DNA of 64,000 nucleotides from Veleropilina oligotropha (Eukaryota): NCBI GenBank assembly GCA_048128005.1, contig JBEUKZ010000079.1, positions 1 to 64,000 of the forward strand, read 5' to 3'. Shown piece by piece: positions 53,511 to 62,381 of this stretch (position 1 is its first letter; each line of letters starts with the position of its first letter). The notes under the pieces were generated by a model. It saw only the letters and a program-made list of their open reading frames with translations, ran no database searches and was not told where the DNA came from. The position numbers and the translations under genes were made by a program.

Positions 53511-54092
53511 ACTCCACTAGATTACGGTCTACCATGTAAACATGGGGACTGATATATTATTTCTGTGCTAAACGGAATGTTGGGGACCAGAACAAGAAAT
53601 CTGGGCCAATCTTTCTTGACTTGATCCAGTAACTTTGTATATCTGGGTCGACTCGGGACCGCGAGGTATTTCATTCATACGCGCAGAAGCAGCCAGACAG
53701 CATTTCTATAGTACTATAGAAATGGCGTGTCATGCTTTTAACGACTGTTGCCATTGATAAATCGGGCACGAATGGCTAACTGGGATATTAATATTATTAT
53801 TTAATATATTGATGTCTCTCCTAGTGTAGCTCTAAGCGCAGTACAAACTATAACTAATATTACAGTACAATGTACACAAGAATATACAGGAGAGACATCA
53901 ATGATACATACTTAAGCAATAATAATAATAAACAGAATATTTTTTTCGAGTTTTTCAATTTTATCTTTTTTTTACAAGCGCAATCAGACAAAGAGGTGAA
54001 GCAGCCCCTGCGTGAACTTCAACCAACTTTGAATGGTACAATATACGCAGGGGAAAGCCGGAAAAATATGTTTTAATGCAGGAGCAGCTGGT

Positions 54093-54524
54093 TTATATGA
54101 ATATATAGTTACCCGATATTAAAGTACAATTACAGGGTGAGATTTGTCCGACTTTTCTCCACACACCGAAGCAGCCAGACAGCATGGTATAATACTCCCC
54201 ATTTTTTCCAGGACATACCGAGGGGGTCGAACACTGGACACATGTGACAGTATCTCTTGGTGTGGCAGGGCTACAGTCATTATCTCCGATAATAAAATAG
54301 TGGCATGACGGTGGAGAGACATCAGGGGTGGGGTCTCTACCCGGGCGAAGAAGCAAGTTTCTACGTAAGGGGTCAAATCGGGCGTTATACCTGGGATGAT
54401 TTCGGTACCTAGTCCACGTATGTTCCAGAATTAATGCAGTGTTGTGTGTCGACGCCTGGGTAGACATACCCCCTAGCCAGCACACCGCGGCAATACACAG
54501 TAGCATAGATTTCATGGATTTCAT
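54093..54524 (-). CDS. Predicted secreted cysteine-rich protein (143 aa)
   Basis: Signal-peptide-like N-terminus (MKSMLLCIAAVCWLGGMSTQA), Arg-rich linker, C-terminal domain with 8 Cys; ACCATG start, TATTAAA upstream and ATTAAA just downstream of the stop. Confidence 0.7.
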   Translation of the reverse strand: MKSMKSMLLCIAAVCWLGGMSTQASTHNTALILEHTWTRYRNHPRYNARFDPLRRNLLLRPGRDPTPDVSPPSCHYFIIGDNDCSPATPRDTVTCVQCSTPSVCPGKNGEYYTMLSGCFGVWRKVGQISPCNCTLISGNYIFI

Positions 54525-54606
54525 GGTTGTCCAGATATCACTGTCGATTTCTAGCTTTAATACGGGGGAGGAGCGGGGTAGTCGTGGCTACGCTCAACCT
54601 GGATAG

Positions 54607-55242
54607 TTAGTCGCCAGCTCCGATTTTTTTCAGCAGCTCTGCACGACCCTCTAAACGACCACGCTCAATAAGCTCGCTCTGGGTCTGTGAAATCGCGGTG
54701 TGCGCCTTCCTACTCTTATCCCGAATTGATGCCTTCATGGCTTGGTATTTCAACATCTCCCCTGTGACCAGTTGGAATTCATCATCAGACATCACCCCGT
54801 CCGATAATGCCTTTGAGACGTGGTCGGTTATGGTATTCAGCTTGCTGTCGGCCAGGACTCGAATCTCGTCGTGTTTCTTAGCCTTCACCCCGAGGCGCCG
54901 GCTGATATACTTTCCACCCATACTAGCGAGCCCACACCCTAATGCCGCTAGTTCCAGCACTAGGACGACCGGGGCGGCTACAATTGTGGACAGTAGACCA
55001 ATTCCAGCGCTACCCATACCAAGTGTGGCGACGACTAGTCCGTTATCTATACCGTCAACGACGTTAACACCTCGTCGGTACTTTTTATATAGTGCAGCCC
55101 GAGCATCCCGTTCTCGTTCTAGCTGCCCCTGAAGCTCATTCACTTTCTGTAGTCGGAAAGACTGTGCCTCATGCAGTTCCGAAGGCACATCGCCACCAAG
55201 TTGTGGGTACAGCGTTGGCGCTGAGGGTTTGTTGTCCATCAT
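54607..55242 (-). CDS. Membrane protein with coiled coil and hydrophobic hairpin (~211 aa), N-terminal PSAP/LYPxL motifs
   Basis: Long ORF; probable start ATG at 55242 or 55239 overlaps the upstream TGA (ATGATG); two Gly/Ala-rich hydrophobic helices. Confidence 0.8.
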   Translation of the reverse strand: MMDNKPSAPTLYPQLGGDVPSELHEAQSFRLQKVNELQGQLERERDARAALYKKYRRGVNVVDGIDNGLVVATLGMGSAGIGLLSTIVAAPVVLVLELAALGCGLASMGGKYISRRLGVKAKKHDEIRVLADSKLNTITDHVSKALSDGVMSDDEFQLVTGEMLKYQAMKASIRDKSRKAHTAISQTQSELIERGRLEGRAELLKKIGAGD

Positions 55243-55589
55243 ACGTGGCTGTATTGTTCCGCCTGTTTGTTTAAAATGTCTACTGTAACGTTCAAATACA
55301 GAGTGCCGACCCACGGGGCCTTGATGACAAAGGCGAGGGTTAACTTATCCGAATCCAGGCTGAGTTTACTTATGGAACATGCCTTGGGGCCCCCGGCCGG
55401 CTGGACCGGCGTCAGGTGGATCATTAGAAGGGCTGGGTTCAACCCGAACCGACCTCTAGTGTTTGGAAACATGAACTCCCTCCTCGCCAGCCCCTTATTG
55501 GGCGCTACCCCACAATTAAGGACAAAGTGCCACCGGGTCGGGGGGGAAGAGGGCTCGTCTGCAAGCAGGGTCCCGTAGATGCTGCTCAT
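55239..55589 (-). CDS. Hypothetical beta-strand-rich protein (116 aa), possibly virion-associated
   Basis: Exactly fills the gap between two co-directional genes, with ATGA start/stop overlaps at both ends. Confidence 0.65.
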   Translation of the reverse strand: MSSIYGTLLADEPSSPPTRWHFVLNCGVAPNKGLARREFMFPNTRGRFGLNPALLMIHLTPVQPAGGPKACSISKLSLDSDKLTLAFVIKAPWVGTLYLNVTVDILNKQAEQYSHV

Positions 55590-56326
55590 TGTATCGCAAG
55601 GACTGCGGAAATAGGCATACCGTGATTGTCGAGCGGTTTACCATCTGAGTCTGTGATGTAAACCTTCAACTCTGTGATTAGCCCGGCCTGTAGTCGCCGG
55701 CCGGCGGGATAGCTATGATAGTGGCCAGCTTCACCGAACATCTGCGACGTGATAGGGACCACCGCGAGAATAGTGCTCGGGGCGCCGTCCTGCACATTGT
55801 GCGTTGTACTAAGCTGCTCCAGGTGAACGTGCAGGGTTGGCGCTATGGCAAACCCGACAGGCTTATTCCCGTCATAAGTCCCAGGGCGTAGCCACTCGGA
55901 TCTCTCCGGAGGGGGAGGTGGTTGGCCCTGTACTCCCCGAACCGGTTGGTTCAGATTCCCTGCTTTATCGAGAATAAACGAAGAGAGGTCTAAGCCGAGG
56001 AGTTTTCGTATATCGTCGCTTATCGCGAGTCGAGTCCCCTCTGGGACCACGATTCGGGCGAGCCCTGTAGCATGGCTTACATCTAGTTGTAGGTTAACTA
56101 GCGACCTCTTCATCGTCTTGGCGAGGTCATCGAAGCTGTAGAAACCTGGTGCCACGTCGACCGTGGTATCCTGTGTCTTAAAGAAGGCTCCGGCATGCAC
56201 ATTGTGCCAGCCTACCCAATAGTCGAGCGACTGCAAGCTGACACATAGCTTGCCGTCCCGGTTATCAATCGGCTCCAGGAGGGCAACCGCGGTCCCCTCT
56301 TGAACGTTTGTTAATGTGTGAAACAT
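55586..56326 (-). CDS. Minor capsid protein (penton, single jelly-roll)
   Basis: C-terminal pattern STILAVVP..ITELKVYITDSDGKPLDNHGMPISAVLAI and internal PGFYSFDDL resemble Polinton/virophage minor capsid proteins; located in the capsid module. Confidence 0.8.
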   Translation of the reverse strand: MFHTLTNVQEGTAVALLEPIDNRDGKLCVSLQSLDYWVGWHNVHAGAFFKTQDTTVDVAPGFYSFDDLAKTMKRSLVNLQLDVSHATGLARIVVPEGTRLAISDDIRKLLGLDLSSFILDKAGNLNQPVRGVQGQPPPPPERSEWLRPGTYDGNKPVGFAIAPTLHVHLEQLSTTHNVQDGAPSTILAVVPITSQMFGEAGHYHSYPAGRRLQAGLITELKVYITDSDGKPLDNHGMPISAVLAIQ

Positions 56327-56333
56327 AGTAGCT

Positions 56334-57617
56334 ATGGCTAAGAGCGCCTTTGCGTTTAATAGGAGTGCGGCCTATCCGACCGGTGTGGTGTACCCAGCAA
56401 AGATCAAAGATGAGCAGCTTACGAGACCAAGCATCAATGTGGGTAATAGCTCAACCACTACATTCGGGGCAACATACCCTGACGTCTTTCAGAAATACCG
56501 CCTCCCTCATGTCGCTAGTGACGGGCTGATAAGGGATTGGAACAGCACGCCGATGAGGTTCTGGCAGAACAAGGTCAATTTCGCAGTTTGGTGTGCCACA
56601 ACAGGTTCCGGAATCTCCTCAGAAGACCACTTAAATGCGACCGACCCCCTCTCCACTGCTGTATTCACCTTCCACGTCTACTATCAGGTCAGACGAATCT
56701 TATCCGAAATTCAGGCGCCGCTGCCACAGGACCGGACGTGGGATGCATTCGACAACCCGTATGACCGCAGGGCATATGAGAAGATCTGCAGCGAATTTGG
56801 GGTGTCTCCCCATACCGACTGGCGTGTCAAGGGTCCCAACGGCGGACTAGGCACCGCTTACAGCTACTGGACGAACAACGGCTACCACCCCATCGGACGT
56901 GACTATGATCCAAGCCGAATGTCCTTCACCAAAGGTACGACCAACACGAATCTGCACGTGGACTACATCGCGCAAGCGCCTGCACTTAAAAACGGTTGGG
57001 CTACTTTTATTCTGGACAGGTCGGTGGGATTCACCCAGGCCGGCGTGGAGAGGCTCAATGATTCCATCAGGACCTACGTCTGGGCTATTCTTGGAGCGCA
57101 GGCTCAAACGCGTGCAAGTATTCTGGGTAGTGGGACGGCGTTTGACGCACAGAAACAGTTCCTGGCGAACGTGGAAGACGCCATCGCATCCCCCGTTGAC
57201 CTCCCAGCAGCCATCAAACGGTACCAAGAGGTGCTCCAGTATGCGAGGTCCAAAGTGGACTTCGTATTCGGCGTTGGCCTGTACATGGCGCCAAGTAACA
57301 TGCTTCTACGGATCGGGCAGGTGGCTGGTTATAACAATGAGATCGTCGTTGCCACGGAAGCCCAGACACTCGGTCTTAATACTACGGTGAACGCGGCCAA
57401 TCCTGTGCCGCACAACGCCACTGGGGATACTGGAGAAACAGGACTGGTTATTCCACAAGACGCAGATGCAAGCATACCGGTAGTTACTCCGAAGCATCCA
57501 AGCTCTCTGCCAGCTGTGGCCTCAGTGGCGGCTGTTCCAGCGGCACATGACGAGGAGAAAACCGCACTTATCGTGGGCGGCATTGTCGTTGGTCTAGCGT
57601 TTATTTGGCTTACGTGA
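56334..57617 (+). CDS. Hypothetical protein (427 aa) with Pro/Ala/Thr-rich stalk and C-terminal membrane anchor
   Basis: Long intact ORF; aromatic-rich globular region, low-complexity linker, terminal ALIVGGIVVGLAFIWLT. Confidence 0.85.
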   Translation: MAKSAFAFNRSAAYPTGVVYPAKIKDEQLTRPSINVGNSSTTTFGATYPDVFQKYRLPHVASDGLIRDWNSTPMRFWQNKVNFAVWCATTGSGISSEDHLNATDPLSTAVFTFHVYYQVRRILSEIQAPLPQDRTWDAFDNPYDRRAYEKICSEFGVSPHTDWRVKGPNGGLGTAYSYWTNNGYHPIGRDYDPSRMSFTKGTTNTNLHVDYIAQAPALKNGWATFILDRSVGFTQAGVERLNDSIRTYVWAILGAQAQTRASILGSGTAFDAQKQFLANVEDAIASPVDLPAAIKRYQEVLQYARSKVDFVFGVGLYMAPSNMLLRIGQVAGYNNEIVVATEAQTLGLNTTVNAANPVPHNATGDTGETGLVIPQDADASIPVVTPKHPSSLPAVASVAAVPAAHDEEKTALIVGGIVVGLAFIWLT

Positions 57618-58923
57618 CCCACTGTCTAGCGGCAATAAGAAGCAAGCCCCCAACTGATATGACCAGTGCCCACAGGTTTTCGGCGAGCCACGACGCAGTC
57701 TTGCCAATCAGGTTGATTAGCCAGGAGACCAGGCTTCCAAGTATTCCTGGGAGTGCGGCTGCGGCCTTCCCTGCTAGTTTGCCCAGAATCCGACCCAGGG
57801 TCTTCAGCTGCTTTTTTACCCACTCCTTGACCCCGCCCTGACCACTGGGAGGTGGTGGTGTTGGTGGTATGCTCGGCGCTCCACCTGTCAGGGCTAGTAC
57901 CAAAGTCGAGATGGCGAGCCCGATAGCGGTCAGTATTGTTGCGATCGTAACCCCTTGCTCGCGGAACAGGGTCCGGATACGCTCGGCCAGCGTTGTGTCG
58001 GTGTTCAGGATCCGACTTATCATCTCTCGGATCCGGCTGATTTGAGAGCGAAGGGCCTCCCGGCTTGATGATGCTGCCTCTAGGCGAGCTGCTCTTTCAT
58101 CATTCAGGTCGCGCAGACGTTCCGCGATCCGTCGACGGATGAACTCATCCACACCGCCCTCTTCATCTGCCTGATCGAGCTTCATCTTCTCCAGCTCTAT
58201 GTGTTCATCCAGCGCCGTTAGCTTGGCTAAGTTGTTCGTGAGTTCGCCTCGGATGGTCTGCATCGCCTTATCAAGTCCGCGAAGCTCGCGAAGATTTAAT
58301 GGAGGGTCCCCCATTGTGCCTAAGATCTCTTCAACCTCGGTATCAGTGAATTTCGTCTCCATCGTGTGGATTGCTACCGAGGCATCAGTAGCAGTCTGCC
58401 CCAAGTCCCGCAGTTCTACGTTTTCGACATTAGCGGCCGCACCGCTCAACTCAGTGTCGGCTGCCTGAAGAACTGCAACCGCTTTTGAGGCCAGCTTTTT
58501 TTCCCCCCGCGTCCAGTGTACAAAACCCAACCCTTCACGGATTGCATCACCCCCACCAGGCCGGCCAGCTATTGTTGACAACGCCAAGGGGTTGCCGGTG
58601 CGAGAATTTATGAGATTGATGTCGGGGTAGTCCGTCATCACCAATTTTCCACCCCTCCCTAATTTTCCCCTCACATACTTGAATTTTGAATAATCTCGCC
58701 CCGTGGCTGGGGTCTGCCCCTCCTGTGCCAGGGCTTTGTAGTAGTCGTCAACCACGCCCTGAACGAGCTCTTGCTGAAGACTGCTGGTTCCTTCCTGTGG
58801 CCGTTTCGAAAGAACAGGCATAAACCGGTCGGTGGATAGATCCACATCAGTATCGTCGATGATGGTATCATCGTTGTCGATGAGATCGTCCGGCTCGAAT
58901 GCGGGGTTATCGAATTCCGCCAT
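57610..58923 (-). CDS. Hypothetical protein (437 aa): acidic N-terminus, long coiled coil, C-terminal hydrophobic/amphipathic helices
   Basis: Long intact ORF; FDNPAF motif, heptad region, VTIATILTAIGLAISTLVLAL segment, poly-Pro hinge, terminal LWALVISVGGLLLIAA. Confidence 0.85.
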   Translation of the reverse strand: MAEFDNPAFEPDDLIDNDDTIIDDTDVDLSTDRFMPVLSKRPQEGTSSLQQELVQGVVDDYYKALAQEGQTPATGRDYSKFKYVRGKLGRGGKLVMTDYPDINLINSRTGNPLALSTIAGRPGGGDAIREGLGFVHWTRGEKKLASKAVAVLQAADTELSGAAANVENVELRDLGQTATDASVAIHTMETKFTDTEVEEILGTMGDPPLNLRELRGLDKAMQTIRGELTNNLAKLTALDEHIELEKMKLDQADEEGGVDEFIRRRIAERLRDLNDERAARLEAASSSREALRSQISRIREMISRILNTDTTLAERIRTLFREQGVTIATILTAIGLAISTLVLALTGGAPSIPPTPPPPSGQGGVKEWVKKQLKTLGRILGKLAGKAAAALPGILGSLVSWLINLIGKTASWLAENLWALVISVGGLLLIAARQWVT

Positions 58924-58959
58924 TTGAATACATCAGTGGGATACGCATCTAATTCAGCC

Positions 58960-60261
58960 ATGACTAGCGTATACGGACGCAAGCTTAATCCATACCGCAG
59001 GCTGCGTGAGCCCCTCGCAGTCAAGGGCATCCGCCAGTCGGTCACGATTACAAACAATCCATCAACGATTGCCCCGAACCAGCAGCTCCTGGTTCGGTTC
59101 CCTAATCTCGGGGCGAATGACGTGATCGTTCCAGGGACTGCCCACCTCGCATTTACCATCTCTCTGACCTCGGTAAATGCGAATAGGACTGTAGTGCAAA
59201 ATATCGGCCGTGCCGTGATCAGAAAGACCACGATAAAGATAAGTGGAAACGAGATCATGTCGATTGACGACTCCGACGTGTACCACTGCTACCGCGATCT
59301 CTGGAAGACCACAGGGGAGCGCAAGAACGCCCAGTACCAGGGGATTGATACCAGCGATGGGCACAACACTACGAAGCATCGTGTTGGTGCGGCAGACGCC
59401 TTCAGACTGTCTGAGGATGTCGCGGTCGCGGCCGCGTACGGTAACCGATTCCGCATCCCGCTGGATTTCGAGCTGTTGGAAAGTCACATGCCATTCTATC
59501 AAAGCGCCCTTGGAGACCGTCTCGAGTATGAGCTAACGTTCAACGACTACTCCCGGACTATCCGGGAGACGGACGACTCCGGTTCCAGCTATTCCATCGA
59601 CAATATATCCCTCGAATATGACATGGTAACCCAATCCGAGCTTGCCAGACGGATTCGAAATCAATACCAGGGTCAACTCGTAATCCTGTACGACCGTGTT
59701 CTCCGGCATCGGAAGCTCACCCTAGACAAGAGCGACTCGTTGTGGAATATGAATGTGAACGTACCGGCGAGGTCGATGAAAGGAATACTACTGTTGTTCG
59801 AGGACCCTGCGAGAGACGCCGCGCCATTCTCTCGCGATACTGAGGCCTTCTATAATCCGAAGATCACAAAGGTCGAGGTCACAATCGAGGGTGTCCCGAA
59901 TCAAATCTACAGCCAGGGCATGCGAACATACCAGATCTGGGAAGAAGCCAAGAAAATGTTCGCCTCCGGCTGCAGCAAGCGGCATCCTGAGGTCGCGATG
60001 GTCGCAAAGGACTTGGAGATGGCAGACGTCACCCTGGGCGAATTTCTGACTAAGAAATTTGCGCTCTGGATCGATATGCGGGTAACTGACGACGATCAGT
60101 TGCACGGGTCAGGCCGGAGGGTCGAGAACGCCAGCGAAGGCATTACTATTCAGATCACTAAAACAGCCGAAGCGGCCGGTCCACTGAACGTCTACGAGTT
60201 CGTGATCATGGACGCACAGCTGAATATCGAGAATGGCCGATTCGTCGAAGCACTGTACTAA
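58960..60261 (+). CDS. Major capsid protein (double jelly-roll, hexon-like), 433 aa
   Basis: Beta-rich, size typical of Polinton MCP; motifs NIGRAVIRKTTIKISGNEIMSIDDSDVYHCYRDLW, FRIPLDF, YSIDNISLEYD, FYNPKITKVEVTIEG; directly upstream of the ATPase; ATG in GCCATG context at 58960. Confidence 0.85.
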   Translation: MTSVYGRKLNPYRRLREPLAVKGIRQSVTITNNPSTIAPNQQLLVRFPNLGANDVIVPGTAHLAFTISLTSVNANRTVVQNIGRAVIRKTTIKISGNEIMSIDDSDVYHCYRDLWKTTGERKNAQYQGIDTSDGHNTTKHRVGAADAFRLSEDVAVAAAYGNRFRIPLDFELLESHMPFYQSALGDRLEYELTFNDYSRTIRETDDSGSSYSIDNISLEYDMVTQSELARRIRNQYQGQLVILYDRVLRHRKLTLDKSDSLWNMNVNVPARSMKGILLLFEDPARDAAPFSRDTEAFYNPKITKVEVTIEGVPNQIYSQGMRTYQIWEEAKKMFASGCSKRHPEVAMVAKDLEMADVTLGEFLTKKFALWIDMRVTDDDQLHGSGRRVENASEGITIQITKTAEAAGPLNVYEFVIMDAQLNIENGRFVEALY

Positions 60262-60865
60262 ACGATTTCCGCACACCAAGGACCCCCACTCCGCAATCAT
60301 CTGCGGCCAGACGGGCTGTGGGAAGACGGTTTTCATGCTTGAACTGCTGGAGGGGGAGTATCGAGGCGTCTTCCGGCATATCGTGGTCCTCTGCCCCACG
60401 ATCAAGTACAACAAAGCATACCAGTCTTGTCCGTGGATCTGGACCGACCCTGAGGTGTATTTAGTCCCCCCGGGTGAGCGACTCCATGACTGGCTGCGGG
60501 GGTTCTACCGACTGTTTCAGGGGGAATCAACTTTATATATCATCGACGACTGCGCCGCGAGCAAGGCTATGGCAAAGAGGAGGGACATGCTGACTTTGTT
60601 GGCCTTCAGCGGCAGGCATGCTTCCCAGAGCGTATGGGTAGTGACGCAAAAGTACAACTCGGTCTTGAAGGAGCTCAGAGAGCAGACCCGCTGGGTCGCG
60701 CTGTTCCATTGCAAGGACCGCGACAGTTTCGAGGACTGTCTGCGCGAGAACGATGTAATCCCGTCGCAGGATGAACGGACCGCGGTTCGCCGGCTGTTGT
60801 CCGAGACACGACACGCTAAGCTTCTGTTGAAAACTGATCAGCCCGTTGCTTATAGTGTGCTGTAG
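60233..60865 (+). CDS. A32/FtsK-HerA family DNA packaging ATPase
   Basis: Walker A GQTGCGKT, Walker B LYIIDD, arginine-finger motif SGRH followed by WVVTQ. Confidence 0.92.
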   Translation: MADSSKHCTKRFPHTKDPHSAIICGQTGCGKTVFMLELLEGEYRGVFRHIVVLCPTIKYNKAYQSCPWIWTDPEVYLVPPGERLHDWLRGFYRLFQGESTLYIIDDCAASKAMAKRRDMLTLLAFSGRHASQSVWVVTQKYNSVLKELREQTRWVALFHCKDRDSFEDCLRENDVIPSQDERTAVRRLLSETRHAKLLLKTDQPVAYSVL

Positions 60866-60918
60866 CAGCTACTTGGCTAGCCCTAACATCTACTTAGCAG
60901 CTACTTAGCTAGCTAGGC

Positions 60919-61680
60919 ATGTCGGACGCGGTATACATAGCTTTTGCTTTCAGCCAGGGCCTGATCTTGTTGCTACTCGTAACGTTGTGGTATTGGCATT
61001 ATCGCTATATTAGACTGGCGAGGAGATGTTGGAAACGCTTAAGGATGGACAGCCTCATCGATCAACTCATGGATGACGAGGAAGAAATGACCGTGAGCAG
61101 CAGCTCACCCCGCTCGACGACCAAACGCTGCTCGCAGCACGAGGAACCTGAAACTGGCTCCATAGGGATGGCAAAGAAACGGGAGAGGCTTGCAGCATTA
61201 GCCGTTGGAGGACAGGCCCACAGATACATGGGGCGTAACCTCACAGTGGACCGAATCGACGATATGACTGACGACGAGGTTGAGAAACACCACGCACGGT
61301 ATGAAGCGAAGCTAGGTGCTGACATGACGAAGACCCTCGGGGCCGCTGCTATACAGCTGTATGCGGGTGCAGCTGGGATGTTCCTGCCCATTCCACCAGC
61401 AAACCAGCTACGACTGATCGCCGACCTGGAGGCCGACCCGTTCATCTCACATGCCCTGACCACTGCAAGCTGTGAGCTGTATTATAAATATGGCATGTAC
61501 CTCGCACCGCTGACCGCAGCGTTGACCACGGCTAAGCACTGCCAATTTGGACATGTTTGCCCGCCTAAGATACCAGATCAAGATGACAACGCCGGAAGTG
61601 GACCAAGTGATCGAGAGACAGCCGATCGAGAGCCAGCCGATAGAGAGGGTGACTTCTTCGACGGACTCATCAGTGAGTAA
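60919..61680 (+). CDS. Hypothetical protein (253 aa) with N-terminal transmembrane segment
   Basis: Intact ORF; hydrophobic residues ~5-26 followed by a basic patch; an alternative start at MDSLID would remove the TM segment. Confidence 0.75.
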   Translation: MSDAVYIAFAFSQGLILLLLVTLWYWHYRYIRLARRCWKRLRMDSLIDQLMDDEEEMTVSSSSPRSTTKRCSQHEEPETGSIGMAKKRERLAALAVGGQAHRYMGRNLTVDRIDDMTDDEVEKHHARYEAKLGADMTKTLGAAAIQLYAGAAGMFLPIPPANQLRLIADLEADPFISHALTTASCELYYKYGMYLAPLTAALTTAKHCQFGHVCPPKIPDQDDNAGSGPSDRETADREPADREGDFFDGLISE

Positions 61681-62074
61681 AAAGGACCCGAAAAAAGTGG
61701 CTGCAGGTCGGGCCGGCGCTGCTGCTCGAAAAGCCAAGCAGGAGAAGCTACTGGCCGCGGTTCGAAACATGAAAGAAGACCTGAGTGCCCCAACAAGTGT
61801 TGTCGTTCCATCAGAACAGCCCGGGGAGGCGGTTCCAGCCGCAGAAAGACCGTGTGCGCCAGATACACGGAAATCGGACCCATTTAATTGGACCCAGGTA
61901 GCCGTCGCTGCCGGTACGGTTGCGTTGGTATTTGTTGTCTGGAAGACGTCCTCAGAACGCAGCAACCCTGGTCCATCCACACCACATCAACAGCCACCAG
62001 ACGCGGACGCTCGGTGCTCTCGGGCCGCCCCCACTATCGAATTGAAGAAGCAGAACCCTTTTCATATGCAATAG
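61583..62074 (+). CDS. Hypothetical protein (163 aa) with basic KDPKKVAAGRAGAAARKAK motif and one TM segment
   Basis: First ATG at 61583, overlapping the previous ORF by 98 nt; basic helix; hydrophobic VAVAAGTVALVFVVW. Confidence 0.75.
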   Translation: MTTPEVDQVIERQPIESQPIERVTSSTDSSVSKKDPKKVAAGRAGAAARKAKQEKLLAAVRNMKEDLSAPTSVVVPSEQPGEAVPAAERPCAPDTRKSDPFNWTQVAVAAGTVALVFVVWKTSSERSNPGPSTPHQQPPDADARCSRAAPTIELKKQNPFHMQ

Positions 62075-62110
62075 TCGCAAACGGTAGCATTTCTATAGTA
62101 CTCAACAGTT

Positions 62111-62350
62111 ATGACTACCCCAATCACTGATGGAAAGATGCTCGGCAACGCTGTATACCACGCCGCTATAGTGTCAGGCCTCGCCATAGGCTACGCACGC
62201 CTGACAAAGATGGTATTCAAGGGAGCGAGCCCCAAACTGGACTTCACGGGGTACGATGTCGGGATGGTCGTCCTCGACGTATCGCTCGCCATGGCGACGA
62301 AAGACATGCTGATCAAGCAAGGCATCATTCCGGCCGATATATTGAAGTAG
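62111..62350 (+). CDS. Small hydrophobic protein (79 aa)
   Basis: ATG-initiated, co-directional, tightly packed; two hydrophobic helices. Confidence 0.75.
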   Translation: MTTPITDGKMLGNAVYHAAIVSGLAIGYARLTKMVFKGASPKLDFTGYDVGMVVLDVSLAMATKDMLIKQGIIPADILK

Positions 62351-62381
62351 TGGGACCTTGCTAGATAATCGCAGCATTTCA

